A stretch of 64,000 bases of DNA from a virus. Taxonomy: Duplodnaviria > Caudoviricetes. This document shows, in pieces, positions 11,170 to 21,704 of the stretch. Position numbers and translations under genes: made by a program. The notes beneath the pieces are model-generated. The model was not told the origin of the DNA. It made no database searches and was given only the letters and a program-made list of their open reading frames with translations. The first letter of the stretch is position 1; each line of letters starts with the position of its first letter. The DNA lies in the IMG/VR virus record IMGVR_UViG_3300022602_000027; one strand, written 5' to 3'.

Positions 11170-11778
11170 ATGCAGACAAAAGACGCCACAGGAATTCATA
11201 TTGAGGGACATATTAAGATATATGATCCCGTTTCTAAGGAAATTTTCATTAATAAGCGCAATGCTATCCATTATGAAAATATGAGTATAGCGTTGGCTAA
11301 TACTATGATTAACAACGGTCAAGGGTTTATTTACTCAATGGCGTTTGGAAACGGCGGAACTAGTATCGATCCAACCGGAATTATTACATATCTAACACCA
11401 AATACTACAGGTACTAATGCTAGTTTGTATAATCAAACTTATGAAAAGGTTATTGACGGAAGTTCGAGTACTAATTTAGATCCAACACGTAATTTTACCG
11501 AAGTTAGACACGTTACTGGACAAAACTACAGCGATATTTTTTGTACATGTTTATTAGATTACGGCGAGCCTAGCGGTCAAGCCGCGTACGATACAACAGT
11601 TAATGGCGAAACAACTTATGTATTTGACGAATTAGGACTACAAAGTTATAGCCCAACTGGCGAAAGTTTATTACTAACTCATGTTATTTTCCACCCTGTG
11701 TTAAAAAGTCTAAACAGATTGATACAGATTGACTATACAGTTCGTATTCAAAGCCTTACTGGCTTAGTAAATGTTTAA
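11170..11778 (+). CDS. Conserved structural protein (probable baseplate/tail component)
   Basis: 202-aa ORF with an SD, lying in the structural module behind a late promoter. No catalytic motif recognised. Confidence 0.55.
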   Translation: MQTKDATGIHIEGHIKIYDPVSKEIFINKRNAIHYENMSIALANTMINNGQGFIYSMAFGNGGTSIDPTGIITYLTPNTTGTNASLYNQTYEKVIDGSSSTNLDPTRNFTEVRHVTGQNYSDIFCTCLLDYGEPSGQAAYDTTVNGETTYVFDELGLQSYSPTGESLLLTHVIFHPVLKSLNRLIQIDYTVRIQSLTGLVNV

Positions 11779-11788
11779 GGAGCAGTAG

Positions 11789-14002
11789 ATGACATATACA
11801 GTTTCGTTCTCTGACTCAACTAATCCTGCTAAGCCACCGATTACAGTTGCAGACGCCGCACTAAACAATCAGACTAGTTTGTCGTTTGTTGGACAAAACT
11901 ATTCAGGATACGGTCCTGTTATAGCTAGTAATTTTTTACATTTATTAGAAAATTTTGCCAACAGTTCGGCACCATTAAATCCTGTACAAGGACAACTATG
12001 GTATGATACTTCATTAGGAGCAAATATTCTTAGAGTGTACAACGGTACACAATGGGTAGAGGCAGGAGCATTAAAGAAAGCAACAGCATCAAATCAGCCA
12101 AGCGTATCGGCTAGTGTTGCCGGTGACTTATGGGTTGATACTACTAACAGTCAACTATATTTGTTCTCTGGCGCAACATGGTTGCTAGTTGGTCCTACAT
12201 TTAGTGCAGGTTTGCAAACAGGTCCAATTGTTGAAACAATAATAGATACAACAAACGTTAGCCATTCAGTTATTTCAATGTATGTTTCTAGCTCTACAGA
12301 TAATTCATCTTATAGAGTATCGATAATTAGTAAAGATTCATTTGTTCCTAAAGTTAGTATATTAGGCTTTCCAACAATACAGGAAGGTGTTAATTTAAGT
12401 ACAATAGATAGCGACTTAACAACTAACCCAACAAGATTTATTGGAACAGCTACATCAGCTGATGCATTGTTAGTTGGCGGTACAACAGTTCCAGCCGCAA
12501 ATTTTTTAAGAGGTGATGTAGCTAGTACAAGTAACAGCGCATTGAACATTAGAAATGCTGGCGGTTTAAGTATTGGTACAGATTTAAGTTTTAATATTTC
12601 TCAAGGTAATACTGCATACACTATATTTTCAAAGAGTACTACAAAAAGTATTGAATTTAGTGTAAACGGAAACACATTAGTACATTTAGATCCTTCAGGC
12701 AACATTGGATTAGGTGTAGGAAATACAAGCCCTTCTAGTGCATTAAGTGTAGGAGGTGTAATTACTTCAGGTATTGCAGGACTGGCTGGCGGACTTGTTG
12801 TCACAGACGGCGGAAGTCCTAACCCGACTACAGTATTTTCAATTAATCCTGTTAGTGGAATTAGTACATCTTTAAATGCTACAAGCACAGGAAATTTAAC
12901 AGTAGGCGGTGTAGTAACTGTTGGATCTGGAACGAGTGGTGGTTCAGTAATTTTACCAGCAACATCTTCATCAGGTCCTTTATTTGATATTGGTTCTTTA
13001 ACACAACCTTTTAGAAACGTTTATGCAAATACGTTCACTGGAAGTTTTAACGGAACATTTACTGGAACAGTTTTAGGTAATGCTACAGGAACAGCAACCG
13101 CACTACAAAATGCAACCGCATTTAGTATAACAGGAGATGTGATTACTACATCAACTGTTAATTTTACAGGTAATTCGGGTCCAGCTACATTAAATGTAGT
13201 TGCTAACTCAAGTTTAATTGCAGGATCTTCAGATAATCCAAAGACACAAGCTACTTCGGCAGCGGCAACAGACCAGATGTTAGTGTTACAAACATCAGGA
13301 ACTTCGTCAAATCTAGTTCGTATGACTAGACAAACATTCCTTTCTGGAGTAGGATTATATTCTATACCAGTTGGTGTTATGATGCCATTTGCTGGACCAG
13401 TGGCCGCTGTTCCAGCAGGTTGGTTACTATGTGACGGAAGTGAAGTTAGCACCGCAGTATATAATCAACTATTCTTAGCAATTGGATACATTTATAAAGC
13501 ACAGAGCAGTTTACAAGGTGTAAACACTTTTGCTTTACCTGATATGCGTGGACGTATGCCGCTAGGTGTAACTAACATGAACAACTACGGTAACATCAAC
13601 GGCTTTACTCAAGCACTTGACGGTGGTGGACATACAGTTAACACTGGTGGACAAACAGGAACAGCAACTACAATAACTGTAAAAGCTAATCAAAATCTTA
13701 CACAAGTGTTAGGTGCAGTAGGCGGTACTGACGGAACAGTACTAGATGTTAATCAAATACCGCAACACGAACATTCATTGAATGACGGAACTGCACAATA
13801 CTATGCTCCAGGATTAAATGGCGGAGTAGCGGATCCGAGCAACAATACTGCCTCAGGTTATAGCATTAGTTCATCAGGATCAGGATACGCATTAAAACAA
13901 ACAGCAGGTATGACAGCAGGTGCAACTGGTGAAAGTGTAAACTTATTAAACCCATTCATGGCTGTTAACTACATAATATTTACTGGCGCAGGACTAAGCT
14001 AA
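11789..14002 (+). CDS. Tail fibre protein with C-terminal tail-collar domain
   Basis: IPVGVMMPFAG...PAGWLLCDGS...Y..LF.AIG...F.LPDMRGR is the tail-collar signature, followed by H.H (QHEHS) and a NPFMAVNYII end. The N-terminal GQNYSGYG..NFLHLLENFAN..P..GQLWYD domain is shared with the next two genes. Confidence 0.85.
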   Translation: MTYTVSFSDSTNPAKPPITVADAALNNQTSLSFVGQNYSGYGPVIASNFLHLLENFANSSAPLNPVQGQLWYDTSLGANILRVYNGTQWVEAGALKKATASNQPSVSASVAGDLWVDTTNSQLYLFSGATWLLVGPTFSAGLQTGPIVETIIDTTNVSHSVISMYVSSSTDNSSYRVSIISKDSFVPKVSILGFPTIQEGVNLSTIDSDLTTNPTRFIGTATSADALLVGGTTVPAANFLRGDVASTSNSALNIRNAGGLSIGTDLSFNISQGNTAYTIFSKSTTKSIEFSVNGNTLVHLDPSGNIGLGVGNTSPSSALSVGGVITSGIAGLAGGLVVTDGGSPNPTTVFSINPVSGISTSLNATSTGNLTVGGVVTVGSGTSGGSVILPATSSSGPLFDIGSLTQPFRNVYANTFTGSFNGTFTGTVLGNATGTATALQNATAFSITGDVITTSTVNFTGNSGPATLNVVANSSLIAGSSDNPKTQATSAAATDQMLVLQTSGTSSNLVRMTRQTFLSGVGLYSIPVGVMMPFAGPVAAVPAGWLLCDGSEVSTAVYNQLFLAIGYIYKAQSSLQGVNTFALPDMRGRMPLGVTNMNNYGNINGFTQALDGGGHTVNTGGQTGTATTITVKANQNLTQVLGAVGGTDGTVLDVNQIPQHEHSLNDGTAQYYAPGLNGGVADPSNNTASGYSISSSGSGYALKQTAGMTAGATGESVNLLNPFMAVNYIIFTGAGLS

Positions 14003-15321
14003 TGACATATTCAATTCTTTTAACTAACGGCAACACATTAACTACTGTAGCTAATGGTAGTATCGATCAAACCACTACAGATTTAACGCTGATTGGTCAA
14101 AATACATCGGGATACGGAGTATTCATTAATGATAACTTTGTGCATTTGTTAGAAAATTTTGCAAATACTAGTCAACCAAATCATCCTGTTAAAGGGCAGT
14201 TATGGTATGATACAAGTCAAAATTTATTGCAAGTGTACAACGGTTCGACTTTTACTCCAACCGGTAATACTATTGTATCAGGCACAGTGCCTAGCGGGCT
14301 AACTACCGGCGGATTATGGATTAATAGTACAACAAGCCAGTTATATTTTAATGATGGAACTGAAACAACTCTTGCAGGCCCTTTGTATACAAAACAACAA
14401 GGACAAAGCGGATTTGTTGTGAGTACAATATTAGATACGTTAAGTGTTAGCCATACTATTGTATCTTTATATGTTGCTAATACCTTAATGGGCATCTTTG
14501 CCAAGGAGTCTTTTACTCCTGCAACTGCAATTACTGGGTTTACAGATACTATAACTTTAACAGCAAGCCAAGTAGGAACAACTTTAACTGTTACATCTTG
14601 TTCAACTAACACACTTGCGGTGGGACAAACAATAACCGGAGTTGGAATACTTCCAAATACAGTTATCACTAGTTTAGTAGTTAACGGTGTAACAGCAAAC
14701 GGCGGAGTTGGACAATACCTAGTAAGTACTAATGCTACACTTGCATCAACATCGATGACTGCAATTTACGGTACTTTACAAATTGGATTTAATGTAAGTA
14801 CATACGGCGGTATTACTTTTAACGTTCCCGTAAGTCAAGCAAGTTATTTGTTAAGCCCAACAGACGGATCATTAAAAAATGCTAATAGTTTCTTGTCAAC
14901 TACATCAGCATCGTCGACTAGCGGAACACTTTCAATACAAAATTCAACTCCATTACGTCTTGGTACTGCAGGTTACACGACAGTAAACACTAGTTATGGT
15001 ACTTTTGAGATATTATCTAATATTGCTGGTCAAGATTTTCAAATTAGTTCATCAAATTCAAATCCAACTACACAAAGTTTGTATATAAATGGTACAACAT
15101 TATTTGTTGGAGTTGGCGGATATAGTTCATCTAACTTACCAAAGACAACATTAGATGTAAACGGAACATTTAGAATAGCGACAACTAAAACACCAGCAAG
15201 CAGTACAGCCGCTGGCTCTACTGGGCAGTTTGCTTGGGACACTAATTACCTATATATTTGCGTATCGGGCGGAACAACAGGTAATGCTACATGGAAGCGA
15301 GTAGCGTTAGGAACCTTCTAA
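14002..15321 (+). CDS. Fibre/baseplate-associated protein, paralogue 2
   Basis: Shared N-terminal GQNTSGYG..NFVHLLENFAN..P..GQLWYD domain; C-terminal PASSTAAGSTGQFAWDTNYLYIC...WKRVAL cap motif. Confidence 0.7.
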   Translation: MTYSILLTNGNTLTTVANGSIDQTTTDLTLIGQNTSGYGVFINDNFVHLLENFANTSQPNHPVKGQLWYDTSQNLLQVYNGSTFTPTGNTIVSGTVPSGLTTGGLWINSTTSQLYFNDGTETTLAGPLYTKQQGQSGFVVSTILDTLSVSHTIVSLYVANTLMGIFAKESFTPATAITGFTDTITLTASQVGTTLTVTSCSTNTLAVGQTITGVGILPNTVITSLVVNGVTANGGVGQYLVSTNATLASTSMTAIYGTLQIGFNVSTYGGITFNVPVSQASYLLSPTDGSLKNANSFLSTTSASSTSGTLSIQNSTPLRLGTAGYTTVNTSYGTFEILSNIAGQDFQISSSNSNPTTQSLYINGTTLFVGVGGYSSSNLPKTTLDVNGTFRIATTKTPASSTAAGSTGQFAWDTNYLYICVSGGTTGNATWKRVALGTF

Positions 15322-15334
15322 CAGCTCAAACTAT

Positions 15335-15342
15335 GATAAATA
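15335..15342 (+). promoter_or_regulatory. Late promoter GATAAATA
   Basis: Motif 27 nt upstream of the 15369 start, with AAGGA SD in between. Confidence 0.7.
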
Positions 15343-15368
15343 CACTGAAATAAGGACGAGCGACAACC

Positions 15369-16868
15369 ATGTCATACACAATTAACCATTATAACGGTAC
15401 ATTACTAACCACAGTTTCTGACGGAACAGTAGATACATCCACAGATTTAACTCTGATTGGTAAAAATTACGCCGGTTATGGGCAAGCACAGAACGACAAC
15501 TTTGTATGGTTGTTAGAGAATTTTGCAAATACAAGTAGCCCTCCAAACCCACTTGCAGGACAACTTTGGTATGACAGCGGCAATAAAAAATTAAAATTCT
15601 GGGACGGCACTAATTTCCGTAACACCGGAGGCGCTGAAATTGGTTCTTCAGCTCCAACAGGACTAACACAGGGTGATTTCTGGTTTAATACACAAAGTAA
15701 TCAGTTGTATGCATGGACAGGTAGCACATTTACTCTAATTGGCCCACAAGAAGTTACTGGTGCAGGCACTACACAAATGCAATCAGTTAGTGTTCTTGAC
15801 ACTAGTAATGTTAGCCATGCTATTATTCAAGGTATTGTTAACGGTCAAACAGTATTTACGATTGCAGGAAGTGATGCTCCATTCCAGTTAAATGGCACAA
15901 CTAACCCAATCGTTGGTTTTGATTACATTCAACAAGGCGTTACTTTACAATATACACAGCAAGCAAGTAATGGACAAACATCTGGAAGCCAACGTTTCTG
16001 GGGAACTGCTACTAACTCCGATAGATTAAACGGACATACTATTAGCGATTTCGTTCTAAACACAGGAACACCGCAATTTAGTTCATTAGTTAACTTTGCA
16101 GACGTTGGTTTTACAGTTGGTAGTCCAATTTCTAAACTAGCAATTTATAATTATAATCAAACAACACCAACAATTCAAAACATTAACGGTTCACAAATTT
16201 CATTTGAAACGTTAGTTTCTGGATCAACAAAAAATCCTTTAATTATTAACGGTAATGATGTTACACCGGGACAAAGTGGAACAAGTAATTTAGGAACAAG
16301 TTTGTTACAATGGGCCGCAGTTTATGCTAGTTATCACTATGGAACAGCACAACAAGCAGATGCGCTTAACGTAAATAACGTTTATGTAACAGCTAGTACA
16401 AGTGCAGTAGCTGGAACTATTGCCGCTAGAGATAGCAGTGCTAATATCTATGCTAATGTATTCAATGGTACTGCTACAGCGGCACAATACGCTGACTTAG
16501 CAGAAAAATATCTTCCTGATCCATCACGTACATACGATGTAGGTACAGTTATGGCAGTAGGTGGCCCTGCTGAAGTACGCGGAGCATCATATGGAGATAA
16601 AGCTATCGGTGTAATTAGCCAAAATCCAGCTTTTATGATGAATAAAGATTTAGTAGGCGGAGTTTATGTTGCTCTAAAAGGTCGTGTGCCAGTTAAAGTA
16701 TTTGGCGGATGCTCTAAGGGCGATATGCTAGCACCATACGGTGATGGTTTAGCCGCAAGTATTCCTGGATATTTTGGTGGCGATAATACTAGCAACATCT
16801 GTTTTGCAGTGGCTCTAGAAGATTGTGCAGACGGAAATATCACTCTTGTTGAATGCGTAATCTTATAA
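15369..16868 (+). CDS. Fibre protein, paralogue 3, with C-terminal peptidase G2-like/intramolecular chaperone domain
   Basis: Shared N-terminal domain. The C-terminal AQYADLAEKY...GTV...GG..E...GVIS.NPAF.MN...VALKGRVPVKV...KGD.L pattern is typical of autocleaving fibre chaperones. Confidence 0.7.
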   Translation: MSYTINHYNGTLLTTVSDGTVDTSTDLTLIGKNYAGYGQAQNDNFVWLLENFANTSSPPNPLAGQLWYDSGNKKLKFWDGTNFRNTGGAEIGSSAPTGLTQGDFWFNTQSNQLYAWTGSTFTLIGPQEVTGAGTTQMQSVSVLDTSNVSHAIIQGIVNGQTVFTIAGSDAPFQLNGTTNPIVGFDYIQQGVTLQYTQQASNGQTSGSQRFWGTATNSDRLNGHTISDFVLNTGTPQFSSLVNFADVGFTVGSPISKLAIYNYNQTTPTIQNINGSQISFETLVSGSTKNPLIINGNDVTPGQSGTSNLGTSLLQWAAVYASYHYGTAQQADALNVNNVYVTASTSAVAGTIAARDSSANIYANVFNGTATAAQYADLAEKYLPDPSRTYDVGTVMAVGGPAEVRGASYGDKAIGVISQNPAFMMNKDLVGGVYVALKGRVPVKVFGGCSKGDMLAPYGDGLAASIPGYFGGDNTSNICFAVALEDCADGNITLVECVIL

Positions 16869-16869
16869 A

Positions 16870-16877
16870 AATAAATA
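16870..16877 (+). promoter_or_regulatory. Late promoter-like AATAAATA
   Basis: ATAAATA core 26 nt before the 16903 start. Confidence 0.55.
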
Positions 16878-16902
16878 ACAGACAGTAAAAAGAGAGAATT
16901 AA

Positions 16903-18027
16903 ATGACAGGTATAGGAACAATCATTGCCGCTAACGATTATAATACTATTCAAGGAATAGTAAATAATCTATTAGCAAATACTTACGGACAACCAGTTCA
17001 AAGTAGTCAAGTTTCAACTACCCAAGTTATTCAAGCAAGTCAATGGCAAGCACTATTGTATGATATTACTGCTATAAATTATCATCAACTTAATACTGGT
17101 CCAAAATTTAATAGTTATGCTTTAACGATCCCTTCAAACGGTACTGGAATAAGTCAAGCAATTGGTTCAACAACCTATACTAATGCGGCTCCAGCAGTTA
17201 AAGTTAAAGATGCAGACAGAGCCGCATACCTTGCAGTAGCACAAGCTCTTGCTAATCCAGTTTCTACTACAATTGGCGGAGTAACATATCCTGGTTGTTA
17301 TTCTATTAGTTCTAACAGTTCAGAGCAAACACAAGTTGCCGCAGGCGTATTTTTAGCACCAAGTATTAGAGTTGGCGCTTCAAGTCCTTGGGGAAGTACA
17401 TCGGGCGGTACTGCTGTAATTAATCAAGGACAACAGCCAAACGAGGAAGGTACAATTTCTGAAGTAGTTACATTAACTTTCCCAAATGCCGCAGCCGCAC
17501 AATATTATTTTAATACAGGCGGATCGATTGTAATATCTGGTAATGCAACTTCAGGACAAACTGGTACAGTTAATACTAAAGATTATTCTTGGGCAGTTCT
17601 ATTGTCACAAATGGGCAATGTAATTTTTAATTACGCCGGAGTTAGTTCTTCAAACAGCAACGGATCTGGATCTAGTTATGGTTGGAGTTATTTTAACGCT
17701 AACCGAAATATTACACAACTATTGTATACTATTACTACATCTTCGCAGTTGTATGCCCCAAATGCTTATACCATCACTGGTAATTTGAATTCAGCTGGTA
17801 CAATTTTAACAATTACCATGCAACTTCAAGATCTTTCTACAGCACAAACTAAAGTTGCTTCTGGACAAAGTCCGGGTGATAGTTTAACATATTCTATAGA
17901 TACTCCAGTTACTGCTACAATATCAAATAATCTTACTATTTGGTACGCATCAGGCAATTATGTATCAATGACTACGCCAACTAATTATTTGCCAACTCCT
18001 GTCATCACTACTCCTCTAACCGCATAA
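16903..18027 (+). CDS. Virion structural protein (fibre-associated), family B paralogue 1
   Basis: S/T/G-rich. Shares I.A.DYN.I...YGQ...W.AL..D...KDADRAAYL and AAAQYYFNTGGSI with the next gene. Confidence 0.6.
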   Translation: MTGIGTIIAANDYNTIQGIVNNLLANTYGQPVQSSQVSTTQVIQASQWQALLYDITAINYHQLNTGPKFNSYALTIPSNGTGISQAIGSTTYTNAAPAVKVKDADRAAYLAVAQALANPVSTTIGGVTYPGCYSISSNSSEQTQVAAGVFLAPSIRVGASSPWGSTSGGTAVINQGQQPNEEGTISEVVTLTFPNAAAAQYYFNTGGSIVISGNATSGQTGTVNTKDYSWAVLLSQMGNVIFNYAGVSSSNSNGSGSSYGWSYFNANRNITQLLYTITTSSQLYAPNAYTITGNLNSAGTILTITMQLQDLSTAQTKVASGQSPGDSLTYSIDTPVTATISNNLTIWYASGNYVSMTTPTNYLPTPVITTPLTA

Positions 18028-18046
18028 GTAGTTTAAGGAGACAAAT

Positions 18047-19015
18047 ATGACAGCAGGTGTAAATAACCAAATTGAAATTGCTGAATATAACGCTATCTAT
18101 GCTCAAATAGCCGCAGTTCTTTCAACACAATATGGACAAACAAATTTAAACAGTAGTGCAGTGGCCGCTCCACCGCCTGCTAGTAACGCTACAAAAATTA
18201 CAGTAGCTGAATGGAATGCTTTACAAAATGATATGTTTAGAATTGCAGATCATTTAGGTATTGCTCGCCCATCTATAACCACAGCATCTTCAAGTTTAGT
18301 TATTAAAGATTCTGATAGAGCCGCATATTTGACAGCGGCCACAGCTCTTAATAATCCATCTCAATATTACGGTCTTCCAGCAGACACAGTAACTTCTGCA
18401 ACAGTAAGTAGTTTAAATTATGTGAACGTAGGTGTTGGCAAAACTGCAACTCATACAGTAACTATGACATTTTCTAGTTCCGCTTACGCAACTTATTTCT
18501 TTAATACAGGAAGCATAATTAATCTAAGTGCAAATTTAAATCAGTATCAAACTTCAGGTGGTGCTCAAAGTCCTGCAACTCTAGATAATGATTGGTTTAA
18601 TTTATTAAGCAGTTCTGGTACAATTACTTATGGACGTAGCAGTACATCAAGCAGTGGATATCAAGCAGGTGTGATTAGCCCATCTACTGGATTTATCAAC
18701 GCAACAAATACAGAAACTACTATATTCAGTAAAACCATCGGTGACGGTCTTTACACTAGTGGCACTGCTGATAGATTTTGGATTACTGTTCAATACAATG
18801 CGCCTGTATTAACTTTTAGAATGTATTATGGCAACACTTATACTAGCCGTGGTATAAACACATATCCGTCGGCAGGATATCCTCAAGCGCAATACTATGC
18901 TATCACTGGTCAAATAACTAGTACGGTAGCCGCAATTTATCCGTCTAGTTCAAACGTTTCGGCTAGTGCATTTTATCCAGCTTCGGGTATCGGTGCTAGT
19001 TTCTCAAGCAATTAA
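18047..19015 (+). CDS. Virion structural protein, family B paralogue 2
   Basis: YNAI...YGQ...WNALQND...KDSDRAAYL and ATYFFNTGSII match the previous gene. Confidence 0.6.
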   Translation: MTAGVNNQIEIAEYNAIYAQIAAVLSTQYGQTNLNSSAVAAPPPASNATKITVAEWNALQNDMFRIADHLGIARPSITTASSSLVIKDSDRAAYLTAATALNNPSQYYGLPADTVTSATVSSLNYVNVGVGKTATHTVTMTFSSSAYATYFFNTGSIINLSANLNQYQTSGGAQSPATLDNDWFNLLSSSGTITYGRSSTSSSGYQAGVISPSTGFINATNTETTIFSKTIGDGLYTSGTADRFWITVQYNAPVLTFRMYYGNTYTSRGINTYPSAGYPQAQYYAITGQITSTVAAIYPSSSNVSASAFYPASGIGASFSSN

Positions 19016-19038
19016 TCAAATTAATTTATCCTAAGCTC

Positions 19039-19067
19039 TTGACACAGCTAACTACATAGTGTAATAT
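19039..19067 (+). promoter_or_regulatory. sigma70-like promoter TTGACA-N17-TAATAT
   Basis: Perfect -35 at 19039-19044 and a 4/6 -10 at 19062-19067. A 7-bp inverted repeat (tagtgta/tacacta, 19057-19076) overlaps the -10. Precedes the glycosyltransferase operon. Confidence 0.55.
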
Positions 19068-19087
19068 TATACACTACGGAGTTTATT

Positions 19088-19438
19088 ATGGACGAAAGAA
19101 TTGAAAAAGCATTTGCTGTAGCTAATTATGCGGCCACATTGTCAAATCAACGCAGAGTGATATCGGAAGAGTATAAACAAAAATTAGTTTACTACACTAA
19201 CGGATCTACATTTAAAGTTTCCCCTGAGTTAATTGCATTTATTAAAACAGTTATAGAGTTAGGACATATTTCAGATGTTCCATTTTTAGATGCAAATGAT
19301 TTTCCAGTGGTAATTCCTAATGTACAGGAATTTTTAGATAACATAGTTTCAGTTTACTTCGAAGCTCTAAATGAGTACACAGTAAAATATTCAGAAATTA
19401 AAACAAAACGAAAAATTGCAGATATAGTTGAACTATGA
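19088..19438 (+). CDS. Hypothetical protein, first gene of the GT operon
   Basis: 116 aa with GGAG SD; ATGA overlap with the next gene. Confidence 0.7.
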   Translation: MDERIEKAFAVANYAATLSNQRRVISEEYKQKLVYYTNGSTFKVSPELIAFIKTVIELGHISDVPFLDANDFPVVIPNVQEFLDNIVSVYFEALNEYTVKYSEIKTKRKIADIVEL

Positions 19439-20283
19439 CAACAGGCGCACTTATATTTGCTCAAAATAATCATTCAGTTGATTATGTCCAGCTAGCAGTA
19501 TTTGCGGCTAGCCGTGCTAAACAATATTTAGATATTCCGGTATCTTTAGTAACAGATAATAAAAAATGGTTAGAGGAAAACTATCCCAACCATGAGTTTG
19601 ATTCAGTTATTGAAGTACAGCCATCTGGATTAGTTCAAAGCAAAATGTTCCATGATGGCTCATTATCTTCAAAATTTACCGAATGGAAAAATTGGACACG
19701 TAGCCAAGTTTACGATTTAACACCTTACGATCGCACACTAGTTTTAGATAGCGATTATGTTATTAACTCTCCATTGTTAAAAACAGCATTGGATAACGAT
19801 CACGATTTCCAAATATATCAAAGTAGTTTTGATTTAGCCTTAGATAGAGACACAACTGATTTTAAAAGAATCAATAGATATAGTGTTCCTTTTTATTGGG
19901 CTACAGTTTTTATATTCAATAAAAATGCTATAATGGATAGTTTTTTTACTCTAGTAGAATATATTAAACAAAACTGGATTTATTTTAAAACGCTCTATAA
20001 CATTACTGCATTTACATATAGAAATGATTTTGCTTTTAGTATTGCTATACACATTATGAATGGCAAAACAAATGGCGATTTTGCAACAGCACTTCCTGGA
20101 AAAATGATATACATCAGCGATAAAGATTTTTTAGTTAATGCAGTTGACAACAAAATGAATTTTCTAGTACAGAAACAAAAATTTTACGGTGAATATACTG
20201 CTGTAAAAACTACAGGATTAGACGTACACGTTATGAATAAATTTAGTCTAAGCCGATATATTACAGGAGGTTCAGGTGTCTAA
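19435..20283 (+). CDS. GT-A fold glycosyltransferase (GT8-like)
   Basis: YDLTPYDRTLVLDSDY carries the DxD motif; later YWATVFIF and FRND-like YRNDFAFSIA. Confidence 0.65.
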   Translation: MTTGALIFAQNNHSVDYVQLAVFAASRAKQYLDIPVSLVTDNKKWLEENYPNHEFDSVIEVQPSGLVQSKMFHDGSLSSKFTEWKNWTRSQVYDLTPYDRTLVLDSDYVINSPLLKTALDNDHDFQIYQSSFDLALDRDTTDFKRINRYSVPFYWATVFIFNKNAIMDSFFTLVEYIKQNWIYFKTLYNITAFTYRNDFAFSIAIHIMNGKTNGDFATALPGKMIYISDKDFLVNAVDNKMNFLVQKQKFYGEYTAVKTTGLDVHVMNKFSLSRYITGGSGV

Positions 20284-21118
20284 AGGATTTCTTTTATTTG
20301 CACAAAATACTGACAGGGTAGATTATATTACACAAGCCTATGCTCTTGCGTTAAGTATTAAATCTAGTCAGCCTACAATTAATTCAGTTTCACTAGTAAC
20401 TAATAGTGATGTACCTAAAAAATATAGAGAAGTTTTTGATCAAATCATTCCTATTCCTTGGTTTGAAGAAACAGAAAATAGTCCTCTAGCCGCAGAGCAT
20501 CGTTGGAAATTATATCACGTAACTCCGTATGACGAAACAATAGTATTAGATACAGATATGTTATTGTTAGAAGATATAAGTGAATGGTGGCATTATTGTA
20601 GAAATTATGATGTTAAATTTTGTAATCAAATTAAAAATCATAAATTAGAAACAGTTGTTGATACAATACACAGAAAAGCATTTAAGGCAAACAATTTAAC
20701 TAATCCATATTATGCATTGCATTATTTTAAAAAGAATGATGCCGCAAAATCTTTTTATAAAGTATTAGAATTTGTATGTAATAATTGGGAATGGTGTTGG
20801 ACAAAGTTTGCACCCGACTATTATCAAAATTGGTTAAGCATGGATTTAGCTACAGCTATTGCAGTTGAAATTTCAGGCGAATATAATTATGTAATTGATA
20901 ATTGTAGCCCTTTAGAATTTATACACATGAAAATTCCATTACAAGATTGGCCTGATAGTGCTACTAGATGGCAAGATACTATTCCTTGGATTTTAAACAG
21001 TCGAGGCGAGTTAATTGTATCAAATATTAAACAAACTAAATTATTTCATTATGTGGAAAAAGATTTTGTTACTAAAACTATACTTGATCAGCTAGAGGAA
21101 TTACATAATGACAAATAA
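20276..21118 (+). CDS. GT-A fold glycosyltransferase (GT8-like), paralogue
   Basis: YHVTPYDETIVLDTDM carries the DxD motif; FIHMK near the C-terminus. Confidence 0.65.
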   Translation: MSKGFLLFAQNTDRVDYITQAYALALSIKSSQPTINSVSLVTNSDVPKKYREVFDQIIPIPWFEETENSPLAAEHRWKLYHVTPYDETIVLDTDMLLLEDISEWWHYCRNYDVKFCNQIKNHKLETVVDTIHRKAFKANNLTNPYYALHYFKKNDAAKSFYKVLEFVCNNWEWCWTKFAPDYYQNWLSMDLATAIAVEISGEYNYVIDNCSPLEFIHMKIPLQDWPDSATRWQDTIPWILNSRGELIVSNIKQTKLFHYVEKDFVTKTILDQLEELHNDK

Positions 21119-21704
21119 GTATATGATTTCGCCAGAGCAGAAGTATTGGGCTCACTACAGTAAACAAACTGGAGTGATTCGTTCAGTTTCAAACGAACCT
21201 ACTGTACTTGATGAAGGTAGTCTTGAAATCAAATATGAAGATTATATACCATTTATTACTGGAGAAAAAAAGCTACACGAGCATATGATTGGGTATGCTA
21301 AAAATGTAGATGGTACCACTCATAAAACTATTATACAAATAGCAGAACAACTTTACGGATTTAGAAATAACATTTTTGAATGGATAAACAAGACTCCTAC
21401 AAAAGACACTGAACTAACAGTTACTTGGAATAAAACTGATAAAACATGGAATTTTAAATTAAGTAAAAAAGCTAAAATTAGAATTGAAAATGATGTGTTA
21501 ACTAAAACTATCTTTTTTATAATGCTTAAAGATGATTTTGATTTTTTAATTAGAAGTATAGTTATAGATGTAAAAGAACTAGTAGAAAATCAAAGTATTA
21601 CAATACCATTTGCTAGTAATGTAGAAACAAAAATTGAAAAAATATCAGTGTCTAGTCAAATAATATTTCAAAGTTACGGATTAAAAATAAATGACAAAAA
21701 TTAA
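21108..21704 (+). CDS. Hypothetical protein in the GT operon
   Basis: 198-aa ORF overlapping both neighbours. Confidence 0.65.
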   Translation: MTNKYMISPEQKYWAHYSKQTGVIRSVSNEPTVLDEGSLEIKYEDYIPFITGEKKLHEHMIGYAKNVDGTTHKTIIQIAEQLYGFRNNIFEWINKTPTKDTELTVTWNKTDKTWNFKLSKKAKIRIENDVLTKTIFFIMLKDDFDFLIRSIVIDVKELVENQSITIPFASNVETKIEKISVSSQIIFQSYGLKINDKN

